Below are positions 41,049-52,844 of a stretch of DNA of 64,000 nucleotides, in pieces. Both the position numbers and the translations under genes were made by a program. Each line of letters begins with the position of its first letter. Positions within the stretch are counted from its first letter, which is position 1. The notes under the pieces were generated by a model that searched no databases, was not told the DNA's origin, and saw nothing but the letters and a program-made list of their open reading frames with translations. Source of the stretch: Lingula anatina (lineage: Eukaryota > Animalia > Brachiopoda); NCBI GenBank assembly GCA_051362555.1, contig CM120647.1:10168001-10232000 (forward strand). The letters are read 5' to 3'.

Positions 41049-41596
41049 CTGAAAAACAAGATGTGATAACTAGAGGATCAGAGAGGTGATACCGCCTCCG
41101 AATATTGTACCACCAGCTGGAGCAAGCGCATTCGTATAGACCCCCACATACACAAAATAAGGGACACAGCCACCAGTCTTTTGCTTGACAAGCTGTAAAA
41201 ATGCAATCAACAAGAATTTTCAAAATATGCAAAAAAATATATCAAAAGTTCATCAAAAGGTAGGTGAAAGGTCAATTTCACAGTAAGATTGCCAGTATAT
41301 GACTTCCTATTCAAGCTCAATAGTAACTATGGACCTATCTCTGCCAGTTTTGGGATAAAAGGAAACCAAATTTTACAAAGTTCAATTAATGATGAAAAGT
41401 AGGTCAAAAGTCAATTTCAAGGTCACATTTAGATTGCCAGTATATGACTTCCTTTTCAAGTTAAATAGTAACTATTGACCTATCTCTGCCAGTTTTGGAG
41501 ATAAAAGGGAACAAAAATTTGCAAAGTTCAGTTCATGGTGAAAAGTAGGTCAAAGGTCAATTTCAAGGTCACAGTAAGATTGCCAGTATATGACAT

Positions 41597-43760
41597 TGGG
41601 CGGCCAAAAGGGCAAAAATTCATGTCGTTGATTCAGTTATGTTTCGTCGATTCACTGCCTTCCCATCGATTCAGTTTCAAGTTTAAACGATCCTGTCACA
41701 AATTCAACATCTACTTTCGTCAATTCAATTGTCAAACATTTCTCATCTACCGTGTATTAAAACCAATGCTCTCACGATTTTCGTCGATATTCTCAGTCTG
41801 TGCCAAAAACTTTTTAGACTACTAGCCCTTCGGGCTAGCAGACTCTCAAACTTTACTAGCCCGAACCAAAAAACACTAGCCCAATTTAAATAATTCATTT
41901 AAAAAGTTTAAGCAGATGTTGTACCATACTGTACTTTCTTGTAAACCTTATTATAGAAGTAGAGCAAGTGAATAACAAAGTCAATCAGGTTAATTTTCAG
42001 TTGATGGGGTGGTAAAATCGATTAAAAATATATTTAATTATTTAATATTGAAAAAATTCCCTTTTTTAATATGTAATACTGAATATAGTTACCCTTACTT
42101 TTCATATTTTTATAATACCTTTCTTTCCATTTTTATATACAATCAAAATCTTTTTTTTTTTTTAAATTCCTTTTCTTTTTATTAACAATAGCTCTTTTCT
42201 AACAATTTATTTCTAATTACATCGGTATATAATGCCACTTCTAATTTAAAATACATAGGTTCTGTAAGGGTAATTAAACAAATGTCTTGCAATTTTTTTG
42301 GTTACAATTCTTTTGGTTATACATTTGTAAAAACAACTTTTCAAGGACTTTACCAGGACAAAGTGTGGAGGGGTAGCCATGGCATAAACCCAACTATCCC
42401 ACATTGTCAAGAATAGTTCATAGGGTATTTATGTCACATGTAACTGCCAGGGTCTTATTGTTTTTAAAAGGCAATAAGCAAAGGAAAATGTATTAACTCG
42501 TGGATATTAAAATTATAAATAAATAAAAATATAAACAAAAAAGGAAATAGAATACTACACCCCTCAGTCTGCTAAGTGGTCCTAACCTAAATGTTCTATG
42601 AGATAATGCATACATTACACTTGCTTCGGAGACAGTGTTGTTTTGACAAAACCTGTTGCTAGTACCAAGGAATTCCGGTCTGATCCAGTAACTTGATTGA
42701 CAGCAATTTGTAGTCATGACAACAAACTGGTCAAATAAAAAGATGCCGACACGCTGATCAGACAGACTGCTGCTATAAATAACTACAGTGAAGTTATTTA
42801 TAGCACTAATCAATATTCAGTAGTTTGAGCAAGGTGTGAGTTTTTTCAACTGAGAGGCATATCATACTATCTAGAAATGTCAAATTAGAGGCAGGGACAA
42901 AGAAGACTGTCGACTTATATTTTTGAAATCTTACTGAGTGTTACAAAAGGCTCAAAATTTCAACTAGCCCGTTCGGGCTAGTGCTTTATAAAATTCCAAC
43001 TTTTTTACTAGCCCGGTGCCACTTTAGGTGGGCAATTGCCTCGGGCTAGTGCCTAACGTCGCAGACTGTATTCTAACTATTCTCGTTGATTGTGTAATCT
43101 CGTCGATCATCCAACTAATCTCGTCAATCGTGTAACTATTCTTACCGATCGTCTAACTATTCTCGTCAATCGTCTCATCGATCGATTGCCAAAAGGCGCT
43201 GTGTTAGCAATACGTGCTTCTGTCTGTCAATCACACGGTAATTTTAAAAATCGGCCAGCCATATTCAGGGTTGAAAACAATTAGAAAATAATGTCCCTGC
43301 AACCGAATAGATTTTAATTATTAACAATTAAAATTGAAATTGTTGAGAAAATTTTCTTATTTCACTAGCAATCACTTTGTTGTCTGCCATTTTGATAGTC
43401 ATGTGATGCCAATGTGCTACCGCAGCACCCTCTGGCGATCGATCGTAGAAGTGACGTTACAGGTTTGACGAGAACAGTAAGACGATCCACGAGAATAGTT
43501 TGACGATCGACGAGAATAGTTACACGATCGACGAGAATAGTTACACGATCGACGAGAATAGTTACACGATCGACGAAAATAGTGACACCATTGGTTTTAA
43601 TACACCGTTGACGAGAAACGATTGACAATTGAATTTATGAAAATAGATGCTGAATTTATGACAGGGTCGTTTAAACTTTAAACCGAATCAATGGAAAGGC
43701 AGTGAATCGAAGAAACATAACTAAATCGACGACATGAATTTTTGCCCTTTTGGCCGCCCA
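41597..43760. mobile_element. Long-TIR (foldback-like) non-autonomous DNA element with internal 21-bp repeats
   Basis: TGGGCGGCCAAAAGGGCAAAAATTCATGTCG... is inverted at 43760 over ~190 bp. 21-bp units ACACGATCGACGAGAATAGTT at ~43467-43583, inverted at ~43075-43180. No clear TSD. Confidence 0.85.
41794..43068. mobile_element. hAT-like non-autonomous element with a 6-bp TSD, nested in the long-TIR element
   Basis: Termini CAGTCTG(T)G...C(G)CAGACTG with TATTCT on both sides. Clustered ACTAGCCC/GGGCTAG subterminal motifs at both ends. Confidence 0.75.
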
Positions 43761-44539
43761 TAGACTCGTGCACTGACAGGGCCCAAAATTTAAGTGAGAT
43801 GAGATAATGTGTGACCTAAGCCAAAGAGATGGGTACGAAGGTCCTTGTAATATAGGAGGAAGCGGTAACGGCGGACGAGACAGGTCATTACAAAAACCAC
43901 GTGTACCGACAGCGGCGCACTGGTGGTACAAAAATGCAGAAGTAAAAGTACACGTAAAAAAAGAGAGAGAGTTGCCAGTTTTATTGTCTATACTTACCTT
44001 TGTCGCAACTGTAAATTTCGCACCAAGGTGCTGAGTGATGACCCAGACACAGGTGAGAAACTTAAATTTCTTGTCACTCCTGTAGAACCAGTCTCCGGCA
44101 CGTGGCCTTGTACCGAAGTACCGGGAACGTGACTGCTGTTACACGTGCGCCCATGCTACACACACCCCTAGTGTATAACGACGGAGGTGGTTGACTGAAC
44201 CACACTGTATGATGTATGACTTCTGTGGAGTTATTACTGGTGGGGCAAAATCTGAAGCGCAACTGCTGTGTGCAAAGTGATTCACTGGTGCAGCGACCAC
44301 CTGACAGTTTCGGTGTAGTGATGGGGTTTCTGACACTGCTGCAGATAGCGCCACTGTTAATCTCCACGCCGCTGGGGTGGTGACAAATCAAACAGGCAGA
44401 ATAGGTAACGCTCTATACGTTATATACATTTTTACCTGTTTTTTATTTTATGTTTTACAACTGATCAGTGTCCTACTCAAGAATTCATAGTTTTGGAAGT
44501 TTTCTTTCAGCCTGTTACGATTTGAGGCTCCCTAAAACC

Positions 44540-44610
44540 AGCCAATCGCGTCCCTCAAAACTGTACCAGGATTCTTCCAAGATTTGATGAATCAAAGGCG
44601 CGGGAAAAGA
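44540..44610 (+). promoter_or_regulatory. Candidate promoter: CCAAT box and consensus E2F site
   Basis: AGCCAATCG at 44540-44548 and GGCGCGGGAAAA at 44597-44608, just upstream of ATG 44618 in a CpG-retaining patch. Confidence 0.45.
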
Positions 44611-44805
44611 GGTCATCATGTGTTGGAAGAAGACGCAAGGATGGCGTAAACTACTGCTGCTTGGATAGGGGGGTAAGTGGATTTTTTATATATCGCATAA
44701 ATGTATGGACCCTCCGCCCGCTACTCCGGGAGCAACCGGCTGATTTGACGATTATTTTGGAAAATATTACATTTGGCCTCGTTTTCAAAACGTGGAGTGG
44801 TAGCT

Positions 44806-44842
<37 letters not shown>

Positions 44843-44934
44843 GCGGGAGACGAAGGCACAGAGACAGGTAAGTTATACATATGTTTGTGCAATGACCAGT
44901 CTAATCTTTTTATAACCTACTTTTAATCTTTATT

Positions 44935-45393
44935 TGAACTTTGCAAATTTTGGTTCCCTTTTATCTCCAAAACTGGCAGAGATATGCCCATAGTTGCTAT
45001 TGAATTTGAATAGAAAGTCATTAAAGGCAATTTACTGTGACCTTGAAATTGACCTTTGACCTACTTTTCACCATGAACTGAACTTTGCAAATTTTTGTTC
45101 CCTTTTATCTCCAAAACTGGCAGAGATAGGTCAATAGTTACTATTTAACTTGAAAAGGAAGTCATATACTGGCAATCTAAATGTGACCTTGAAATTGACT
45201 TTTGACCTACTTTTCATCATTAATTGAACTTTGTAAAATTTGGTTTCCTTTTATCCCAAAACTGGCAGAGATAGGTCCATAGTTACTATTGAGCTTGAAT
45301 AGGAAGTCACATACTGGCAATTTACTGTGACCTTAAAATTTACCTTTGACCTACTTTTTATGATGACCTGAATTTTGATTGTACCATTTTTGG
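44935..45393 (+). repeat. Family B 146-bp array in inverted orientation, followed by (TA)n at 45395-45450
   Basis: Reverse complement of the family B units; 45032-45321 matches 41288-41577. Confidence 0.9.
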
Positions 45394-45459
<66 letters not shown>

Positions 45460-45688
45460 TTTAATTTTTTGGCCAAAACGAAGAGTTATTATCCCTTTAA
45501 TTGCAGATTTATATTTACTAAAGGATGCATTTAGCCCATTGTGTAATGGTTGTTGTATTTTGCTTTCAGGAATCTACTAGGCCTGGCAAGATTGCGGGCT
45601 ATTTAGAGGTTGTTCAGCTCTCAAAATACCTGGTAGGCCTGGCTGGCTCCAGTGCTGCCCTGACTAATGAACAAGCTTGTCACACTTA

Positions 45689-48600
45689 GGCCATTCACAT
45701 TAGAACGTTAACTGCGGTCGAGTTTACTCCGATTAAACCGCGGTCAACCAAACCGCGTTCACACTGACACCGGCAGTGATCAGTAGCGGTAGAATCTCAG
45801 CATGCCCTCTTTACTAATATGTCGGGTCCAACATAAAGATCGTACGAAGTAATATGACGTAATGTGTTATAGTGCAATAGCTTTTGAGTAATGCGGCGGT
45901 CTCTATGTATGACGCCGAAGTAAAGAAATTAATTATACAATTAAAGGTAATTATGTTTGACGTACATTTCATACTAGTGCAGCACTGGATCCATGTAAAG
46001 ATAACAAAATAGTATTTAAAGTAAGTGATGAGAATTGAACGGGAGATATACTGGGGACATGTAGAAGGATCGAAGCAGCGGAGGAGGAGGAGGTTGGAAG
46101 CGACAGAGTATGGAGCGAGACGTAGTTAGGAGTTGGAGGCTTCACTTAAAATATGTAGTTACCTAGCGTCAACGAATTAATCATTTAACTGGTCATTATG
46201 TGGACTTGGGTTTTCTTTGCGCGACCTTACGTAAATCTGAGGCGAACCTAGGAATCTTTGGATTGCGTTATCCACTAAGTTAGTCTAAAACGTTATGTCC
46301 TATTTCGAGCCCACGCTTGAATTAAGCGTACAAAATTATATAAGTTAACGACATACGTCATATGTATATGTAAAAGGTTCATTACATATTTGGCGACCCT
46401 CGCCAGTTTACATTAAAATGCGCCCAAAGAAGATTCGATTCAAACACAAAATGGCCAGGAGGAAAGGTAAGTGTAGGAGAAAGGGTAAAACTTCGCACGA
46501 CAAAGATCGGCTGGCCGGCAGTATCACCGGACCGGTTGGGGTAAGTATGAATGTTATTTATATTGTCAGAACTGATATTTAGTAAATTGCTAAATTCTGT
46601 GTAAATTTTGAGGTTAAGTATTCAGTGGCTTTTCGTTCATTTCTTGCCACGGTATCACGTTAGGGTTCATTAAGTTTTCAAAAACGGTGAAAAATAGGAG
46701 AGATTTAATTTTTTAACGTAGATCATTTATGATCGTCAAAATGCATTTTTTTGGTTTCAAAGTCTTGCTGATTTTAAGGTAAATTTTCATGGTCGGTAGA
46801 GAGGGATTTGATGGCTTTTCTGTAGATCATACAGTTGATTTTATACGGGAATCTCACATTTTCGATGTCGGGTTGCATATTAGAAGTACGTGTTAAGTAT
46901 ATTGGTAGGTTACTTACTTTTTTCAGAAGAAACGAGATCATTAGTGCACGGAAAACTTATTTGTCGGTAAGAAACTGCACAGGTGATACGTGGTAGGTAC
47001 ACACAATTGCCAGTTTTTACATTTTGGGTATAGGAAGGAGATCGTCGATCTGCGTAAATGAGTAAGACGAGTTTTGCGACGTTGGTGTTATATGTCGTGT
47101 TTTCATGTTAATGTTGTTGTAAGGTAGCATGTGTTCGGGTTATTGTTGCTTTGTCGATCATATGGATATTTAGCGATAAGGAAGATTCCTGCATTGTAGA
47201 ATAGGTTCCTTTGCGTGTGGTATTCGTTTACGTTAATTGTTTTGGTAATAGCGTGCGTATTCAAGATATATTATGTAAATAATGAAAGGTAACTTTAAGA
47301 GTGAACAAATTATCAATTACAATTGCCGGTGAAGTCAAGCAAGTGCTGACAAAGGCAGAGGGCAAGATATGGAAATTCAGGTGTTCAAAATTTGCGCCGA
47401 TCGAGATAAAGATCGAAGGTTTCGAGTTAATGGCCGGAGATAACGTCGGGATATGGTGATTTTAGGTAAAAATGAATTCGTGGCAGTAAATTATGCAACA
47501 AAGGGCACATTTGAATGCACAGGTAACATCAAAGGTAGTGATGCGTCAGAGATATTGAAAAAGGCGGCGAAATAAACCGGACAAAACCAGTCGGGACAAG
47601 ACACGTGCGTGGACAGACAAACGCGACAAGCGTACTTTAGGAATTTTAATTATGGGACTAATTGGCGGTTGATTAAAGATCTTGAGGGCTAATGAAGAAA
47701 ATAGATTCATATGGCGTGGAAACAGGTCAGTTTATATTACCTCGAGGTGAGGATGGAAACCCAGTATTTTATTTTTTTAAAAGGTTACCCTGCTCTAAGT
47801 TCTGAGCGGAAGGTCTGGTTAGCTTCTAGGAGTATTAGGGCTGCTTGTCAATTTAGGTCCGCAGATGGATAAATGCAAGTAACACCAGATATTTTATTAT
47901 TTATTTAAAAAGGTATCTTACTCCTGGTATGGAGTGGATGGAAGGTCTGAAAGTTTCAAGCCGCAATCAGGACTGCTTGTCAAAATTTTTAGATCCTCAG
48001 ATAGCGAGGGGGATAGGCTCCCCGAAGCTGTCTGTAACAGGCGGCAGTGGAGTCGCAAGGCTCCAGGGGCACATTAAAAGCGATCTATAGTGCTGTGGGA
48101 GAGAGACAAAAGGCCCACTGTGTCTCAAATCCTGAATTAACAGGATACTGTGGTACCGTCTAGTCAGCTCAGTGTTAACGAGTTCACTGAGTGGTACGGG
48201 GACGACAGTCCTCACCTAGCCATGCGTGGTTGATGCGTTTCCAACACGGTGGTGAACAGGCAAGGCTGGTGAAAACGGTCAAAGTTCCGATAACCCATGG
48301 CAGTGGGGTCAGGACCAGACCGTCGGTTGCTCCCTGGGAGCCTGGTTAGCTCTACTGGATTGAGTGATCGCTATCGACTGGGTCACCGGCTGGTTGGGTC
48401 GCAGAGGGCAGTAAGACTTACGAAAAGCAGCCGCGCTCAGCTCAATGTACAGTCAGGCCCTAGCAAACTGAAAACGAATGAGCTAGTAAGTGAGCTAGTG
48501 GGAAAGCTACGCGGCCTTGGTTGCGACGTGGAAAGTCAGACCGGACATTTACATTTTAAGGATACCATGCTCCGGGTTGGAGTGGTGAAACTGGTATTTG

Positions 48601-49148
48601 AGACCAGGTATTTTATGTTGTGGCCTCCCCAAGGAAGGGTTAGGTAACAGAACGGGTGTTCTGTTGGAACTGGGTAGATTAAAATCACTTCACTTAGAAT
48701 ATGTAGTTACCTAGCGTCAACAAATAAATCATTTAACTGGACATTATGTGGACTTGGGTTTTCTTTGCGCGACCTTACGTAAATCTGACGCGAACCTAGG
48801 AATCTTTGGATTGCGTTATCCACTGAGTAAGTCTAAAACGTAATGTCCTATTTCGAGCCCACGCTTGAATTAAGCGTACAAAATTATATAAGTTTAGGAC
48901 GTTCGTCATAGGTATATGTAAAAGGTTCATTACATAAGAATCTGTGATACATGACGGGAGCTCAAATGACGATACACTTGTGCGTTAATATGTAGACATC
49001 CGGTCTTGACCGCGGTCAGGAGTTTACTCGATCTGGGTTTATTTCGACCGCGGTCAGGGCTACATTGTCCATTCACATTAGAAAAGTTTACCGTGATAAG
49101 ACCAAGGTCAGGCCTTGACCGCAGTTAAAAGTGCTAGTGTGAATGGGC
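45689..49148. mobile_element. PIF/Harbinger-like non-autonomous element inserted in a coding exon
   Basis: TIR GGCCATTCACATTAGAACGTTAACTGCGGTC / GACCGCAGTTAAAAGTGCTAGTGTGAATGGGC with TTA/TAA flanks. Removing the element plus 3 nt restores the host reading frame. Confidence 0.85.
45858..48934 (+). mobile_element. Internally deleted LTR retroelement (Gypsy-like); 5' LTR about 45858-46386, truncated 3' LTR 48688-48934
   Basis: 247-bp direct repeats (46140-46386, 48688-48934; about 13 mismatches by eye) ending CATTACA. PBS-like TGGCGACCC at 46391. Likely 5' start (C)GTAATG and near-TSD TATGA/TAAGA. No pol recognised. Confidence 0.8.
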
Positions 49149-50267
49149 TAATAATACTTTTCGGGAGAAATTGTCACCTTATGATAAAAGCCCCACTGTG
49201 ATTGCTTTAAGATACCAGTCAGAGCTGAGCAAGGGAAGGTTTAGGACCACCAAGCAAACTGTTTCACCTGGTGTAGAAAGTACCAGAAGGTAAAATTACA
49301 AATTAAATATTTGAAACATAATCAGTTTTGAATTAATTTGATTTGCTATCAAGTCAATAGTTTAACTTAAAATCATGAATATGAATTGGTTAAATTCTTA
49401 GAGATAAGATTAGGAATTATCAGGCAATAAAAATATAAAAAACAGTGTCAAGAATATTATAACTTTGGGAGATAAAACTTTAAAAAATAGTTGTGAAATT
49501 TAAATCAAAACTGCACTTAGCTCTGACATGAATGAACATGTGTTTAACATTTTGTTTAAACTGTAATTACTGCTAATCTTGATTCTCTTTCTATTTATTA
49601 CTGAAAGGTTTTCCCTGTGGCCAAACACTGGACCTGCTCAGTGGCCTGATTGCAATTGTAATGTGGAAACTGTGGTATCCTTGCTCTGCGACCAGTATCC
49701 AAGCTCAAGGAAGTCTTAATCTAGATGGACTCTTATAGATTGAACTTACAACAGAATAAGACAGACAGTCCACAACAACCCCAGGATGATGGCAGAAAAT
49801 ATATAATGCCAGCAATTAATAAAACAACTTTAATTCAGTGGTATGCACTTTGCATTTGCTGTTTTTATGATTTTGCTTAATATTATATATGCTTGTTTAT
49901 ATGTTTTATTTTAAGCTTTCTATTTTATTCAGTATTGTCATAGAAATATATTTAACTACTGGATTTTAATTGAGTATTTGTAATTTTCTGTCATTCTGCT
50001 ACAAGGAAATTTCCTAACACAATTTTAACAAGACCCCCAAGGTTTAAACAGATAGGACTACTAAACTATTGTTATACTATTTTTTTTTGCTATAGTTCTT
50101 TTCTCACTTTTAAGAATTATTCCTTGTTTTTTTAAATAGGTATAACAGACGTAGCAAGATAAAGAGATGTAGGTTCAAGGCCTTTCAGTACCATCTCCAC
50201 CAATGGCATCTTCAGCAAGTCTGCCTGATGCAAGGTCTAAACCTGAGTCACTATACCTACAAGAAAT

Positions 50268-50769
50268 GTTCATCATGAATTGAGCTTTGCAATTTTTTGT
50301 CCCCTTTTATCTCCAAAACTAGCAGAGATAGGTCCACAGTTACTATTGAACTTGAATATGAAGCTATTAAAGGCAATTTACTGTGACCTTAAAATTGACC
50401 TTTGGCCTTATTTTTACCATGAACTCAACTTTGCAAATTTTGGTTCCCTTTTATCTCTAAAACTGGCAAAGATACGCCCATAGTTACTATTGAATTTGAA
50501 TAGGAAGTCATATACTGGCAATCTAAGCGTGACCTTGAAATTGACCTTTGACCTACCTCACTATGAATTGAACTTTGATTGTACCATTTTTAGCTATATA
50601 TTTTTGCCATATTTTGAGAATTCTTGTTGATTGCATTTTTTACAGCTTGTCAAGCACAAAACTGGTGGTGGTGTCCCTTTTTTTGTGTGTGTGGGGGTCT
50701 ATACGATTGCGCTTACTCCAGCTGGTGGTACAATATTCGGAGGCAGTATCGCCTATCTGATCCTCTAAT
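50268..50769 (+). mobile_element. Family B fragment (opposite orientation) inserted in the last DUF6729-like exon
   Basis: 146-bp units then GCTGGTGGTACAATATTCGGAGGCAGTATCGCCTATCTGATCCTCTAAT. Confidence 0.8.
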
Positions 50770-51801
50770 TTTACCCTCACCTGTAACAGTAACTAGTACT
50801 GAACAGATTCCTGTTTCTAGAGTTCCATGCTCTGCACAACATTACAGGAAGAGGAAGGCAGATAATGAGGAGAAGGGTGTATTTAAAAGGGCATACAAAA
50901 GTACTTCATCATGTCTGTAAAAAGTGCAATAAAGAATGCAAAGCCCCTGCACATTGACAATACTTTAGAAACTGGTACTGTGCTCAGAAAGACACTTCAT
51001 CTTTTAAGGAGTGGAAAACACGGTTTCTAGCTGAGGGATATAAGAAATTACTTTAATCCATGGGTTTATTTTTTTCTTATTTGATGTTTATTGCCCATGC
51101 ATGTCCAAATTAGACTTTGTATCTAAGAAGAGAGGAGATTGCTGTTCTTTATCAGATAGTTGGGGCTGATACAGAGAAGTATGGAAAGAAATCATAAAGC
51201 CATGGTTATAAGCCATAAGCAGTGGGACACTTATCAATATATATTCATAGTTTATTTAATAACTGTCTACCAAGGCAGGTTAGTTTAGTATAGTTTGAAC
51301 TTTATTTTTGTATTGTAAATTATAGAATGTCTAAAATATTTTAGATACGAATTTTGATCAGTCAAAACAATCTCCTCTCTCCCTCTCTCATATTTGTTAT
51401 GAAGAAATAACTGGTATAGCCCATACAATTGCTGGGGTGACTTCTATGTAAAGTTAATGTCTTGTTTGTTGTGCATCATCAGAAACAATGGAAGATGCTG
51501 GATATCGGTGCTTTGTTCTTTGCAATTTTTGATTTGCCATTTTAATATATTTAAAAACTTTCCACATATTGCTTCGCTTTATTATTGTTAAAAAATTTAT
51601 TTTTTGGCGTCATATATTTCAAATCTTTTTCTTTTTTTTTTTTTAATTTGTATTTTTGATATGAAACAAGTCATAAAGCCATGGTTTTATTTTTCTCATA
51701 TGAAATATATTTTGCTTGTCCAGATTACTATTTTCTACATGAGCCTGCCTTTCTCTTGGATAGTTAGTGCTGGTGCAGTTTTGTAAGAAAAAAATCATAA
51801 A

Positions 51802-51969
51802 CAGGGGCGGATCCAGAGATATTTTCTGACAGTCTTCCAAATTATCTTTGTTGATCCATCCTCCATTTTTGACCGTCTTCCGACAAAAAACATTAGATGC
51901 CCGACAATGTAAACTTGAAAATCTGACCGTCTTCCGGAAGACCCAGAAGACGGCCTAAATCCGCCCCTG
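51802..51969. mobile_element. MITE family E with a 5-bp TSD
   Basis: CAGGGGCGGAT...ATCCGCCCCTG with TSD ATAAA. The uninterrupted TCATAAAGCCATGG target occurs nearby at ~51192 and ~51671. Confidence 0.9.
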
Positions 51970-52844
51970 ATAAAGCCATGGTTTTATTTCTCCTAATGAG
52001 GCACATGTTCATTTTGAATTTAATAGCTGTCTTTATTTAGCTTAGATTCAGTAGAGTTTGAACATTTTTTGTTTATTTCAGTCTTTTATGACAGTTTTTG
52101 ATCACTGACATATTTCTCATGTCCATTTTGGACCCTGGTGAAAATGAACCTTAGCATTGTATAGATTATGTCTGTTAATATTAATTGCTTAGCTTAGTCC
52201 TCAGAAAGAGGGAGTTAGGTTTTTGGCTCTATCTGCCATCCATGTTTAATTAATAGAATGTGTGGATTCTGAGTCATTAGCTGTAATTGATTAAATTCAC
52301 AAATCATTGACCAGAGCCTAAACAGCATTTGATGATGCTTTATGGCAGCCTTTATTTTGGTCATTTTGGAAAATAAAAACTATTTTACAATTTGGCTTAC
52401 AGTAAAGCTCCACTAGAGCACCCCTTTTGGATGCTTGATCGGACACATTTTTGACTCTAAATATAGCTGCACGGGAGCACAATTTGGCCTGTTATCTTTT
52501 ATTTGTTGGCTTCCTTACAGTTGTAGAATACTTTTGGCCTGATATTTTCTTTGGCTTACCAATAATATCTTTATGCTTTAAATAAAAGTGGTCTTTATTG
52601 ACCAAGTTACAAACCCTCTATATTTTGTTTGTGTGCATCAGGATGTGTCTAGTATGGACGGATGGCTGAGATGAAGTATTTTTTTAATAATCTTAAGTAT
52701 TTATAAAAAAACTTACTCATTACTTGTTTGCATACTTTTTTTTCATCATGTCCTTGTTGCAAAATACTGAAGAAATTAAAATGTGAACAATATAAAGAGG
52801 TTTATTCTGATTAATAATGCAAAATTATATTGTTTAATAACTTA

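Larger units (their letters stand above)
41069..43931 (-). mobile_element. Helentron-type family B element split by a long-TIR insertion
   Basis: 3' end ACTAGAGGATCAGAGAGG at 41069, 146-bp units to 41595, and the 5' portion with a degenerate hairpin at 43770-43931. Confidence 0.7.
44618..51056 (+). pseudogene. Spliced, decayed DUF6729-like (putative DNA-transposase family) gene; central part missing
   Basis: Exon 45570-45688 + 49152-49289: ESTRPGKIAGYLEVVQLSKYLVGL...ALTNEQACH...EKLSPYDKSPTV...SKGRFRTTKQTVSPGVESTR. Exon 49608-49840: RFSLWPNTGPAQWPDCNCNVETVVSLLCDQYPS...SRWTLI..YNRIRQTVHNN.../PAINKTTLIQW. Exon 50140-51056: YNRRSK...VPCSAQHYRKRK.../VCKKCNKECKAPAH*QYFRNWYC..SFKEWK. Splice phases join in frame (AG|G, TG|G). 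The putative first exon 44618-44867 is weaker. Family recognised from memory. Confidence 0.7.

Noticed and set aside
43467-43583. Regular 21-bp repeats resembling a CRISPR array (ORF of VDRVTIL repeats)
   Set aside because: The units are head-to-tail with no spacers, lie inside a TIR element in a eukaryotic context, and have no cas genes.
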